DNA from: Octopus bimaculoides
Taxonomy: Eukaryota
Direction: 5' to 3'
Assembly: GCF_001194135.2 (NCBI RefSeq)
Contig: NC_068983.1
Location: forward strand, 72,799,039-72,863,038
Length of the DNA: 64,000 nucleotides
In this document: positions 36,801 to 45,133 of the stretch, piece after piece
Numbering within the stretch: the stretch's first letter is position 1
How the letters are laid out: every line of letters begins with the position of its first letter
Position numbers and translations under genes: made by a program
Notes under the pieces: generated by a model
Told to the model about the DNA's origin: nothing
The model's database searches: none
Seen by the model: only the letters and a program-made list of their open reading frames with translations

Positions 36801-38954
36801 TCCTTCCATGTCTCTCCTAATTACTGCAGTATTCTGATGCTGTAATTAAATGAGAGCAGAATCATGTATTCTATCATCCTTTTCTGTGTTACCAGTTATC
36901 TCTTCCACTCTCTGGAACCACTTTCTTTGACAGCCCTCTTTCATTCTTAGCATTGTACTTCTCCAGTCACATTTTACCATCAACCATCTCTTCACACTTC
37001 TTCATCATTTGCTACATTCATCCTCACCCTACTTCTATCACACTCTTGCAGCCTCTATCCACTTCCCCTTCTTGATCTTTTGTCCATAAACAGGACACTT
37101 TCTACTTATAACTCACCTTACTTTGTGACTAAGAATGTGGTGTTAAGGATGCATAGAATCCTTGTTGTGTTTATATTGTGGTAGATGTGAGTGCTGAACT
37201 CAACAAGAAATAAATTTTATGAGTTTCAATTCCAGCATAAGTATACACACCCCACTTATCAACAGCTGAGTGTATGTTATCAGGTTTAGATTAAACTGAG
37301 CACATGTAAACATACATAACAATTAATGACAATCAGAAACAACTGGTTGAAGCTGGTTTACAAGAAAGGAGTGGGTGGGGTATGTAAAGAAATACTTTGA
37401 ATGTTTCTAAACCTCACTCCCAAGTACTAATATCTCATCTAAAAAAATTTAGACATTCTTACTCCACCAAGAATGTCAGCCATGTTCTTGTGAATAAATA
37501 GTTTTAAAAAAATAAAGATAACTTATTTTTAATAAATCCAGAGGGATTGCTTTAATTTACTTGGATTTCATATTGTGTTTTTTTTTTATGCTGTCAGTAA
37601 GACTGAATAAAAATGATTAATGCAAATAGAATACCACAAATCCCAACTGCCATGTGACACTTCATACAAACATACACTTAATGACATGTATGCAGTGTGG
37701 CCCTATATCAGGTAGAAGCATAGTCCTTCACTGCTGGATTAATATGTTAATTCCGTACATGTCTAATATAGCAGAGCTGACTGGAGCTATTCAATATTAA
37801 CATTTAAATAGATTATTTCTATTAAAAAAGAGTCAACAAGTTTTACAACTTTCCTATAAAAAAAACAATGATAATTTTTATTTGCAACAAGAGGTGCAGC
37901 AACTGTTGATTCAAGAGACTGATGGCATGATCATAAGTCTTACTAAAGCTATTGTGGTTTTCTGGGCAAATTCACTTGACTGGAGAAAAATAGGTTGCAC
38001 TTTTACTTCACTATTTAGTGATAGGTCACAAGGAAGGTAACCAAGTGTAAATACAATTTCAAGCTAGCATTAAAAAAATACTGTAAAAAAATATTATTTC
38101 AGAGCTTTATTTTGTCTTATTTTTCAGAGGAAAGAACAACAAATATAGTATCATCAACAGACAAAAATCATGAAGACAAGAATCCAAGTCAAGATTTTGG
38201 CTTAATCACACAAAGAGACATTCTTTTATTACTATTTCAAAGTCGACAACTTATGCAATCTACTCATATTTTTCATAGAGCTCTGGACATTCTAAAACTC
38301 AAGGGATACAATTGTAGTTATCTGGCAGATGTTCCTAAGAAAAAGATGGTGTCATCAACTCAAGAAACTTCTGAAGAAACTGATATGGATGATTCCTCAT
38401 CTGTTATCTCTGAAACGGATGAGTTCAATAATATGAATGATGTTTCAGAAGCAGAACAAATTGAACTGACTAATTCCCTTATCAATATTTGTTTAGCTTG
38501 GAAGCCGTCTGTACCTACTACTGAGAATGCTAAATTAGTTTTGACTCAAACATTACAGTTAGTCATTTTGTGGCTAAGTCATGAGGTTTGCCACAAAGGG
38601 ACCATTATTTTGTTACACGATGTATTATTATGGATTGACAGAATTCTTGAAAATTGCAATTCAATCATTCCTGATCTTTTGACTGGAGAAAATTCCACAA
38701 TTTCTGTAAGAAGCTTCCCTGAAAATCTATTAGTATTTCATGGAGGAATTATTTCTATGAAAGTACCTGACAACATTAACCAGATGGAAAGCTGTCTGGA
38801 ATTAGATTCTGCATCTAATGAAACTAAACAGAAATCTCAGAAATTACTTGCTAAGCTTTGCAAAATTGTTACAGGTTTTGAAATTCAACACATTATTGAT
38901 CAACCTGTTAATTTTTATCCATTTTTAGACAAAGTTGTAAATATAACCATTTAA
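1763..38954 (+). CDS. URB1: Multi-exon gene, 5'-partial: URB1/NPA1 nucleolar pre-ribosomal-associated protein 1 (60S biogenesis factor)
   Basis: 23 GT-AG exons that splice in frame (one N gap, one unresolved phase). Peptides recall URB1 in collinear order: QIFCLYQSLMP, TGFF..EILIWL, SNPYTHID, LPFSPLI, DLFHAQSDPLALC, HSEFMNIMM, GAYGATLSLEDQKLL, LWG, YDPSFLLP, IALSCYDDDLRAAAYHAL, VPEFSQMFN, ERKWMLCLLRDGLR, YSILTWI. The C-terminal ones fit the NopRA1 domain. Recognised from memory; no search run. Confidence 0.93.
3114..3400 (+). CDS. URB1: URB1 exon (DKVDPLEHVALSMQIFCLYQSLMP...LQWAKS), phase 1 to 0
   Basis: polyT-cag acceptor, gtaaga donor; inside ORF 3023..3499. Confidence 0.88.
4662..4760 (+). 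CDS. URB1: URB1 exon (NDLKQAHIHIILDLLVTIQDPQLLIINKSLVCQ), phase 0 to 0
   Basis: ttttctag acceptor, CAG|gtaaat donor; 33 open codons. Confidence 0.85.
5025..5283 (+). CDS. URB1: URB1 exon (LLYKTGFFAGLKNEILIWLDW...SNPYTHIDQ...DAVLE), phase 0 to 1
   Basis: polyT-ccag acceptor, gtaagt donor; inside ORF 4977..5318. Confidence 0.9.
5311..5523. mobile_element. piggyBac-like MITE, opposite orientation
   Basis: TTAA|CCTTATAGCATT...AATGCTAAAGGG|TTAT; interior is the reverse complement of the 54338 copy. Confidence 0.65.
6426..6498 (+). CDS. URB1: URB1 exon (NFNEAELNEAESETVVADSNKNSI), phase 1 to 2
   Basis: ttaatag acceptor, CAG|gtaaat donor; phases fit both neighbours. Confidence 0.75.
8633..8703 (+). 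CDS. URB1: URB1 exon (RLPFSPLIIIASDLTKDEPASKNS), phase 2 to 1
   Basis: atctag acceptor, CTG|gtaact donor; PFS motif; phases fit. Confidence 0.82.
9174..10075 (-). mobile_element. tRNA-headed SINE family 1 with an internal (TA)n/(CA)n tract; carries a nested insert and an N gap
   Basis: Near-identical to copies at 44742, 48042 and 56031; head GGAGTGGCTGTGTGGTAAG...GGTTCAGTCCC. Confidence 0.8.
11117..11277 (+). CDS. URB1: URB1 exon (ALKNFLRSVLLDLFHAQSDPLALC...LPDTK), phase 1 to 0
   Basis: tttcag acceptor, gtaagt donor; inside ORF 11080..11292. Confidence 0.9.
11373..11457 (+). CDS. URB1: URB1 exon start (LKIKTDPVDLETAETETFSDLFKTFYRN), running into an N gap
   Basis: ttttcag acceptor after a 95-bp intron; phase 0; 3' end hidden in gap 11458-11961. 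Confidence 0.75.
11458..11961. other. Assembly gap interrupting URB1 coding sequence (other gaps: 1136-1485, 8199-8479, 9489-9913, 15224-15657, 24808-24819, 27299-27308, 32198-32501, 32825-33064, 34285-34504, 56207-56241, 58174-58183)
   Basis: Runs of N. Confidence 0.99.
12037..12985 (+). CDS. URB1: URB1 large internal exon (GTEVLPDARK...NVPLE), 949 nt, phase 0 to 1
   Basis: ttttacag acceptor, GAAG|gtttgt donor; longest ungapped ORF in the window (12013..13002); Leu-rich helical composition. Confidence 0.9.
13395..13550 (+). CDS. URB1: URB1 exon (GDKIVCLKKITKIYRKYLFKW...RLHVS), phase 1 to 1
   Basis: gttacag acceptor, CTG|gtatgt donor; inside ORF 13358..13582. Confidence 0.85.
14194..14243 (-). 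ncRNA. Minimal type I hammerhead-ribozyme motif (Penelope-like terminal-repeat type)
   Basis: Minus strand reads TCT-CTGATGA-AGGTATATATATAATATATCCT-G-GAAAC-AGCT-GTA-AGA: core boxes, stem II AGG/CCT, palindromic ACAGCTGT stem III, GUA site, 3-bp stem I. Confidence 0.55.
14377..14551 (+). mobile_element. RTE 3'-tail fragment ending in (GAT)n
   Basis: Matches 63465-63636. Confidence 0.78.
14633..15165 (-). mobile_element. RTE 3'UTR fragment with tandem units and (GAT)n tail
   Basis: Reverse-complement match to 63220-63636 and 14377-14551; similar tails at 5540-5800 (-), 16890-17105 (+), 24663-24807 (-). Confidence 0.75.
16011..16089 (+). CDS. Candidate URB1 exon (ALFQDKGPTSSFVLLSCHVIPRFSFL), phase 1 to 2
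   Basis: gatttctag acceptor, gttagt donor, open frame; supported by phase logic only. Confidence 0.35.
16542..16570 (+). CDS. Candidate 29-nt URB1 micro-exon (KIITPELVFK), phase 2 to 1
   Basis: tttcttctctatcag acceptor, gtaagg donor; open only in the phase that follows 16011-16089. Confidence 0.35.
16666..16872. mobile_element. piggyBac-like MITE, diverged
   Basis: CCCATTAGCAT...AATGCTAGAG|TTAA; interior matches the 54338 copy. Confidence 0.6.
17272..17470 (-). mobile_element. SINE family 1, diverged partial copy
   Basis: Matches the head and central part of the family-1 copies. Confidence 0.65.
17721..17767 (+). CDS. Candidate URB1 exon (IFCNCSYHIWLKCLT), phase 1 to 0
   Basis: atatag acceptor, ACG|gttaag donor; would repair the phase 1/0 mismatch; alternative boundaries exist (17740 start, or 17774-17840). 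Confidence 0.3.
18219..18286 (+). CDS. URB1: URB1 exon (NVSTEQCDVLKGIWSSFIQSSL), phase 0 to 2
   Basis: ttttctag acceptor, AAG|gtaagt donor; open in only one frame. Confidence 0.85.
18730..19010 (+). mobile_element. RTE-clade LINE reverse-transcriptase remnant
   Basis: Decayed WLVRAIQAIYKD...FSEEFCVQVGV...LYVNDLV, corresponding to the QG..LSP and YADD region; stops and frameshifts. Confidence 0.6.
19525..19700 (+). CDS. URB1: URB1 exon (RFCFTNPVLLQILVNVLP...HSEFMNIMMESDSGVTK), phase 2 to 1
   Basis: ttttcttacag acceptor, AAG|gtaaac donor; inside ORF 19445..19711. Confidence 0.88.
21701..21811 (+). CDS. URB1: URB1 exon (ELLLDIILLIMEMEPECCVEAHLNIFFGAYGATLSLE), phase 1 to 1
   Basis: ttgtttcag acceptor, GAAG|gttaaa donor; conserved GAYGATLS motif. 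Confidence 0.92.
23232..23295 (+). CDS. URB1: URB1 exon (DQKLLKIISLYEKNGINLNKF), phase 1 to 2
   Basis: ttttttcag acceptor, gtgagt donor; DQK-L..YE motif. Confidence 0.9.
23570..23752 (-). mobile_element. SINE family 2 copy
   Basis: Reverse complement of the 55023 copy (aaaggcaaagtcgacctcggcggaatttgaac). Confidence 0.75.
24494..24655 (+). mobile_element. SINE family 1 head/central part, abutting an RTE tail on the minus strand (24663-24807)
   Basis: gctgtgtggtaagaagtttgc...ggttcagtcccactg...gacggaaactgaaag-like. Confidence 0.7.
25251..25413 (+). CDS. URB1: URB1 exon (RPYLWGTKF...SVSNFPLERKLC), phase 2 to 0
   Basis: ttcttctag acceptor, gtaagt donor; LWG and FP motifs. Confidence 0.9.
26265..27481 (+). 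repeat. 276-bp direct repeat pair flanking a URB1 exon (26265-26540 and 27125-27481)
   Basis: No mismatch seen; second copy contains a 10-N gap with a 71-bp overlap. Confidence 0.8.
26751..26847 (+). CDS. URB1: URB1 exon (PSTILPMDKLQLLSTCYDPSFLLPVFSCILAP), phase 0 to 1
   Basis: tttttcag acceptor, CAG|gtattt donor; YDP.FLL motif at the start of NopRA1. Confidence 0.9.
27910..28185 (+). CDS. URB1: URB1 exon (ENQLECLVFIEKN...ALSCYDDDLRAAAYHAL...VCQVVLNK), phase 1 to 1
   Basis: polyT...ctcag acceptor, AAG|gtagat donor; NopRA1 core motif. Confidence 0.93.
29302..29408 (+). CDS. URB1: URB1 exon (GHDLYFSIIGLLMVKPFFDLYTVPEFSQMFNCSSLM), phase 1 to 0
   Basis: ttctattacag acceptor, ATG|gttagt donor. 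Confidence 0.9.
30435..30578 (+). CDS. URB1: URB1 exon (HYRERKWMLCLLRDGLRG...NSSLCNRGIQ), phase 0 to 0
   Basis: ctttccag acceptor, CAG|gttaga donor; ER.W.L.LL.DGLR motif. Confidence 0.92.
31363..31469 (+). CDS. URB1: URB1 exon (EMVLRILMQACTEKTAAVMTREYSILTWINSFISN), phase 0 to 2
   Basis: ttattgcag acceptor, gtacgt donor chosen by phase. Confidence 0.88.
31559..33247. repeat. Long near-perfect inverted duplication inside a URB1 intron
   Basis: 31559-31741 is the reverse complement of 33065-33247 (1 mismatch in 183); 32007-32170 is the reverse complement of 32661-32824 (2 in 164). Confidence 0.85.
33386..33553 (+). CDS. URB1: URB1 exon (DPHSQLTVLITELVDKIWHAL...LLNLLDHF), phase 2 to 2
   Basis: tttttcgtag acceptor, CAG|gtagtt donor; inside ORF 33354..33557. 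Confidence 0.87.
35679..35764 (+). CDS. URB1: URB1 exon (REGSAETAMKIFLPLFSSVMEHKKRIQSQ), phase 2 to 1
   Basis: ctctttaatccag acceptor, AAG|gtattt donor; phases fit both neighbours. Confidence 0.8.
36160..36620 (+). mobile_element. RTE-clade LINE ORF2 C-terminal remnant
   Basis: EVIENFCYLDDLINSGGGCSNSIVAGVRTGW...FSELLPLLTT...FSLRVK...ET*ALN; frameshifted. Confidence 0.75.
38128..38954 (+). CDS. URB1: Probable terminal URB1 exon (EERTTNIV...DKVVNITI*), 827 nt
   Basis: atttttcag acceptor in phase 1; 280-aa ORF ending TAA at 38954; ATTAAA about 25 bp downstream. Confidence 0.8.
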
Positions 38955-39439
38955 TAATAGAAGAAAAAATATTTTTTCAATTAAAATATTTGAGAAATTC
39001 GTTTTCAATCACATTTTTATATTTCTATTTTGTTATTTTCTTTGCTGATCTTTTTTTTTTTTTTGTATATGAGAGAGAAGGGGAGAGAGGAGTGTTGTTG
39101 ATTGATTAATCGAAAAAGATTCAGTTAATCATGCATTGAGAGAAATCTGTTTTAGCTTGGCTGAAGGATGTCTATCATATTAACAGAGACTGTTGATGGA
39201 AAATAATTTGAAACTTTCAGCAACTTCCTTGCACCTGTAACACTGTTTTCACAGCGAAGTCATTGGAGGATATTTTCATTCTTAGATAGGAATGCCAACC
39301 TGTTATATCTTGGATTTCAATTCAGCAGTGCTTGTAGACAAAAACTGGTGTATTCCACTTACATCAGAAAACAGTGCTTCCCTGTAGTAACCATTGAGAG
39401 AAAGTAGTCTTTGTATGTAACAGATGCACAGGAACAATA

Positions 39440-39860
39440 AATACTATGAATACACAGGAATTAGATTTTCTCAAATGCCCAGGAGGAACTTGAATGCAGA
39501 GGACATGCAAAAGCTGGAGAGGAATGAAGTTAGTCTGCTCCAGTGGATGTGCAACATCATTGTGCATGTACTGCAAAGTGCAAATGTGTTGAAAGAAAAG
39601 TTAGTTATAAGAGAAATCAGATGTAGCATGCAAGAGAGAAAACTATGATGATTTGGTCATGTGATGCATATTAAGGGTAGCTGTATAAACAAGTGCCAGT
39701 TACTCACTGTATGGGATCTACAGAATAAGATGACCTTGGAAGACATGGGGTGAAGTAATGAGGGCGAGTTTCAAAATTTTGAGTCTCGTAGAGGTGATGA
39801 CAGTAGACCAAGATGTCTGGCAAGTTAAGTTCTTGAGAAGACCTGCCCACCTCAACAAAA
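39440..39860 (+). mobile_element. RTE-clade LINE 3' coding remnant with internal deletion
   Basis: LNAEDMQKLERNEVSLLQWMCNI...QERKL**FGHVM. Confidence 0.72.
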
Positions 39861-40094
39861 TTGAGTTCTGGAAGCACTGTGTATTATGTGCTCTCCACCC
39901 ATACATTACATTAATTTCCTCCACACCGTGAACCAAACTGCATCTCATCACTTTTGTCCCTGCCTCTACTCTACAGCCCAACACAACTTTGTCATCTCAA
40001 TCCTGTGTACCACTCCTCTTTACATTCATCTCCTTGTACCCTGAAGGTATATCTAGGTATATCTTCACCACCATCCTCTCCCTCTCTCTATCTT

Positions 40095-40138
<44 letters not shown>

Positions 40139-41656
40139 TGGGATAGCTGTGTATCTCTTCTACTGCAAGACACTTTTCTGGTATTATGTAAAAAGCTAGT
40201 GGGAAAGGCATCCAGAAGTATAAATCATACTAAAGCTGACAGTAAAGCTTGACATAGCCTTCTGGCTTGCCATCTCTTGTCAATGATGATATACATGTAA
40301 TTTAATGTACACTATATTAAAATAAAAGCTACTAATAGTATCTCCAAGTAATCTTCAGGCACATTATAAAAATCTGCCTAACCACATGTTTCAATGGCAA
40401 GAAACTATTATTAGCTCTTATTTTAAACATTGTGATATTTTTCTCTCACTGGATGGAGTACTTATTTTTTTTGTTGATCCTATCTTAACAGAACAGTAAA
40501 TTATATATAACTTTCTTGTGGCTCTAAGGGTTTTTAACTCTTATTTCTAGCAATATAGGTGCTACCCAGCACCCTCAGTCACAATTAGTGACAACTGAAT
40601 TTTTCCTTTTTGGTTTTATTTTGCATATAGTTGCCTTCATTATTTTATATGAAGTGAACTGCTTAACTACACACCTTTGCTCCTTATTGAGATCTTTTGA
40701 AAAAGAAAGACATTTTATAATGCAATCTTCAATATATTTTTCCTGAAAAAAAGATGGGATGGCCACGGCTGGAATGATGGTGACCGTATGTCCACTGAAT
40801 CATCGACACGAGCTAAAGTATTACAGTAAAAAATTCCAATAAAAATATCATCTGCTTGAATCATGTAGGAACATTTTCTAATTCTACTCTGTATTACGCA
40901 ACAATTTTCAAGGGTCACCTCATTTTCATTATGTATTAATTAATGTATTTAACTAATCCGCGTTAATTTTTAAGTTACCAAGTCTTTAGCTTTATTTGCA
41001 AATATGTTAAGATATTAAAGCATAAAGTAAGTTATAAGACATAAATAATCGAGATTATTATCGCGAATCTAATGTAAGTTATCTACCCTTGTTACTGAGA
41101 TTCACTCGATTAGTTTAGTCGGAATAGCAATATATCCATGCTTTTCCACACGTTGTTTATCCAGAGAAATAATCCCATCAAACTTCGTCTGAGCGACTGC
41201 TTACTAAACTACAACCTATGTTTTGTTGTTTAAACCTTGGATTCTACCCTAACCATCCTATCCTTCTGTGACTATGTAGTTACTTTATTCGTACATTGTG
41301 TAATTTTAGAACATTATCTAATGTGTTCGGTCTTAATTTCAAAACAAATCAGGTGTGATTTAAGAAAGATTTGGCTGCTATTTCTAGCAAACCGAGCGAC
41401 TACGTAAGGTTTTTTTTTTTTCTTTTAGTCCCGTTATTGTTTGTTTTAACGGAACTGAGCGTAAATAATAGATGGTGTTTATTATCGAAATGAATATATT
41501 ATGAAAACGTGTTTCCCGCGTTCTATGTTATAATCTGTCGCAACATTTTTAACTGGTCGAAGACAAAACCTCAATTTTATTTCCTTTTCATTTTTAATAT
41601 AAGAAGCAAAATAGCTGAACTTTCTAGAAAATGTTGCTATAGTAAATACAAGCGTG

Positions 41657-41711
41657 ATGGAAATTGGCAATGTTACTCTCAGAACTAAAGGCCTTAATAT
41701 ACTTCAAAGTG
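41657..41711 (+). CDS. Orphan candidate first coding exon of a second gene (MEIGNVTLRTKGLNILQS), phase 1
   Basis: ATG with G at -3 and +4, open frame to a strong donor AGTG|gtgagt, inside a CpG-retaining region; no downstream exon confidently found. Confidence 0.4.
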
Positions 41712-41885
41712 GTGAGTGTTTGTTTATATTAATATTTTTTAGATAAATATTCTGAAAATTCAACATTTTGCTTTGGATCCAGAGATTTTTGTTTTTATTA
41801 CGTTGCATGTTATTTGATGTTGGCATAGAAATAGAAATTAAACCCTGAAGTTCAAAACAAAATTATGGAATATATGTGTCTGTAG

Positions 41886-41938
<53 letters not shown>

Positions 41939-42914
41939 CATATGAAATATCACCGTGTTTAAGGGATTAATGAAGTTATGCGTGGTTTTATATATATATA
42001 TAGATAGAGAGAGAGAGAGAGAGGACAAACGGAAGAAAGTTGCTCTCAGTACATTTGGAAGGAGTCACTTTTTTTTTAATAGCTTGGCTCAGCTCAAAAT
42101 CACTTAAAGTTTTGTGGGCTCATTCGACGGACTTATCTCGTCAGATATCTAGAGATAAAATGCCCCAAGATGAAATGGGTTCGCCCTACGAGTTCACGAA
42201 ACTTGGTCATGAAGCTGGGACAAACTTATATATACACAACAGGTGAGAGCTAGAAATGCTCAGTGTAGGAAACACGTAGTAGTGCTCAAATGAATTTGAA
42301 ACTCCGAAATCTTCATCCGAGACTGGGTCCGCGGCTTCAAGAGCAGCTATAAGAAAAATCCTAGGCGAGCTGTATGTCAAGCCTAATTGTTATCTGCATC
42401 ACTACATCTGTCACATATATAAAAAGAGAGAGAGGCGTGTCGTAATTTCTCAAACTCGAGCCAGGACAAACTTCGAATTACAAGTATGATAGAAATAGGT
42501 GCTTGTATGAAAAACTTTTAGGATCATTTCTTTTTTTATCTGCAATGCGTATCCTTTTCTTTTCTTTTTTTATATAAGATTCTGAACTTCAAACAGTTAG
42601 GAAATTAGAGCTTACTAAAAGTACCTATTCGTTATTTATAGGTAACAGGGAAGGAAAATAAATAAAAAATACATAAATTACATAACATATTCTGAATCCC
42701 GAAAATAAGTCATTTTTAATTCCAGAATCCAAACACAAGCAAATATATGGTTTCCCTCTTTATTACTTTGGGTCTTGACTTATTCACGTTTGGGTGACTA
42801 GTTTTAGCTATCTCAAAATAAAAACTTCCTTGGGTGGGCCTAACTTTTATACATTTTAGCTATAGTAACATTATTAGTAGTAAAAATAATTTCAGTGTAA
42901 TTATCATATACTCT

Positions 42915-43130
42915 CAGGTGGCGCGTTGGTAGGATGGTTAGCGTGTCGGGAAAATGCTTAGCAACATCTGTTTCGGCTTTACGTTTTGAATTTAAATCCC
43001 GCTGGGATCAACTTTGCCTTTCATCCTTGTAGGGTCGATAAAATAGAGCACCAGTCAAGTACTAAAGTCGATGTAATCGATTTCCCCCTTTTCGAAATTT
43101 GCTGGCCTTGTGCCAAAATTTGGAAGAATC
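42915..43130 (+). mobile_element. SINE family 2 copy
   Basis: Same head and central domain. Confidence 0.7.
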
Positions 43131-43635
43131 ATTACTTCTTATATATACGTGTTATATAGGCCTACGTAATTAATGATTTCAAATCTAAACTTCTTACAAC
43201 TATTTTCTATTTATTTTTCTTTCTTTACACAATCAAATTTACAGTTCTGGTCCGACAATCTTACAATATTTTGAAAAACTTTCTGTGTAGTCGTGTGGAA
43301 AGCTTAAAACAGTAAATTGTTTGACTCCATAGATTCTGATTGTTATCTCAGGGAAGTGAAAGTGAATAACCTGTCGGACCTGTCAGGGAGGGCAATACAA
43401 ATGTGTTACGGATGAGTTCCCAATGAAGCAAAGAACCTTCAGTGATGTCAAGCATCTTATTTTTGTTTGTTTTTGCTTTTCTGACAAGTTTAAGTGTTTT
43501 TGTTTTGCTTTGTTAAAAGAAATCATTATTATCCAAAAGAAATCGTTTTCGTTTAACATATGACACATGGTACCAAGTAATGCTTAGTTGGTGGTTGTTG
43601 GTGTTCAGCTCCAGCTCAGTTCTGATCATGTAGAC

Positions 43636-43946
43636 CAGTGGTTCTCAACCGGGGTCCACACAGCAAAACTGGGGCTTCACAATAGTATTTTAAGGGCACC
43701 CGAAAAAAAATTTGCTTTAGATGTATTTATTGGTGTGTTTTGCAAGAAACAGCTAGGTTTCCTCCTGTAACATTTTACATAGTTCATCCTACACAAATTA
43801 ATGTGTGTAAAACGAAATAGGAATTTTGAAAGAAGTGTCTATAAAACTAGTTTTTAAATATTGAATGGCTATGGGTGTCCACCAGAATAAAATAGTAATC
43901 AAAGGGGTTCATAGACAAACAAACAAAAAATGGTTGAAAACCCCTG
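43636..43946. mobile_element. hAT-like non-autonomous DNA transposon (MITE)
   Basis: TIRs CAGTGGTTCTCAACC / GGTTGAAAACCCCTG; tgtagac on both sides (imperfect TSD). Confidence 0.65.
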
Positions 43947-44741
43947 AATTGTAGACCTATGATAAAAGATCTTCCAGCCATGACTATTCTTTTCTGTTTT
44001 TTTTTTAGATGCAATATAGTTAATGTATCCTTCCTTTTTAAGAAGGTAGGGTTTAATTTGAAGGTGTAACTTGTTTTCTACTGCAGCTCCGAGTTGACCA
44101 ATCCCTTATAAGTGAAATCTGATACATGGAAACTGTTCTTGGACAACATGCTTAATTCGTAACCCACCTTTATTGGAGTCCACAGTTTCAAACATAAGAA
44201 CCAAGTCTCCTGCTTAAGGATAACCCTTGAGTTTTAATTTATTCCTTACTTTTACCCCATTGGCTTGAGAGATCCTGCAATAAGGTCATTAGCTGATTGT
44301 TAATGATTTTATCTTTTTTTAGAAAATAGTTATCTATCCAACTTAAATTGCCTGCAATGTTAAGAATTCTCTTCTCGTGGCACACAAACTTATCTTCTTA
44401 TGTGTGCCTTGAGAAGTTTATGATATAGAGATGTGTGTAGGAAAATAATTCCAACCATGAAGTAAATCTAGGAATGCACAAATATCTGAATTTGTATACC
44501 TGTTCAACCCTTTGAAGCATGATAGGGCAGTTAGAAAGGTAATATGTGAGAGAGTAAAGATAGAGTGTATGCAAGAATATCATGTGATGTATTGTGCAAT
44601 AACAGAGTGAATAAGATAGAGAATTTTAGCTGTAAAATTGGCATTCAGGTGAAGACCAAGTTAAAGTTCAAAGCTTAAAGAAAAAATTACTGTTATATAA
44701 TAATAAATAAAATATGATATATATAAAGATTCACTACTCTT

Positions 44742-44934
44742 TACTCTTTACTTGTTTCAGTCTTTTGACTGCGGCCATGCTGGAGCACCGCCTTTAGTCG
44801 AGCAAATAGACCCCAGGACTTATTCTTTAGAAGCCTAGTACTTATTCTATCGGTCTCTTTTGCCGAACCGCTAAGTTATGGGGACATAAACACACCAGCA
44901 TCGGTTGTCAAGCGATGTTGGGGGACAAACACAT

Positions 44935-44973
<39 letters not shown>

Positions 44974-45133
44974 CACGACGGGCTTCTTTCAGTTTCTGTC
45001 TACCAAATCCACTCACAAGGCTTTGGTCGGCCCGAGGCTATAGTAGAAGACACTTGCCCAAGATGCCACGCAGTGGGACTGAACCTGGGACCATGTGGTT
45101 GGTAAGCAAGCTACTTACCACACAGCCACTCCT
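44742..45133 (-). mobile_element. SINE family 1, full-length copy
   Basis: Complete head, centre, microsatellite and tail; many CpGs retained, suggesting a young copy. Confidence 0.85.

Larger units (their letters stand above)
40780..43400. promoter_or_regulatory. CpG-retaining region, probable unmethylated promoter/first-exon zone
   Basis: By eye, CG dinucleotides are much more frequent in non-repeat sequence here than in URB1 introns; not computed. Confidence 0.45.

Noticed and set aside
38103-38127. Alternative upstream acceptor for the last URB1 exon
   Set aside because: Gives an in-frame stop within about 25 codons; 38128 keeps the long frame.
40575-40918. Minus-strand ORFs with a possible GT-AG intron (about 40744-40918)
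   Set aside because: No recognisable protein and no further exon; such sites arise by chance in AT-rich DNA.
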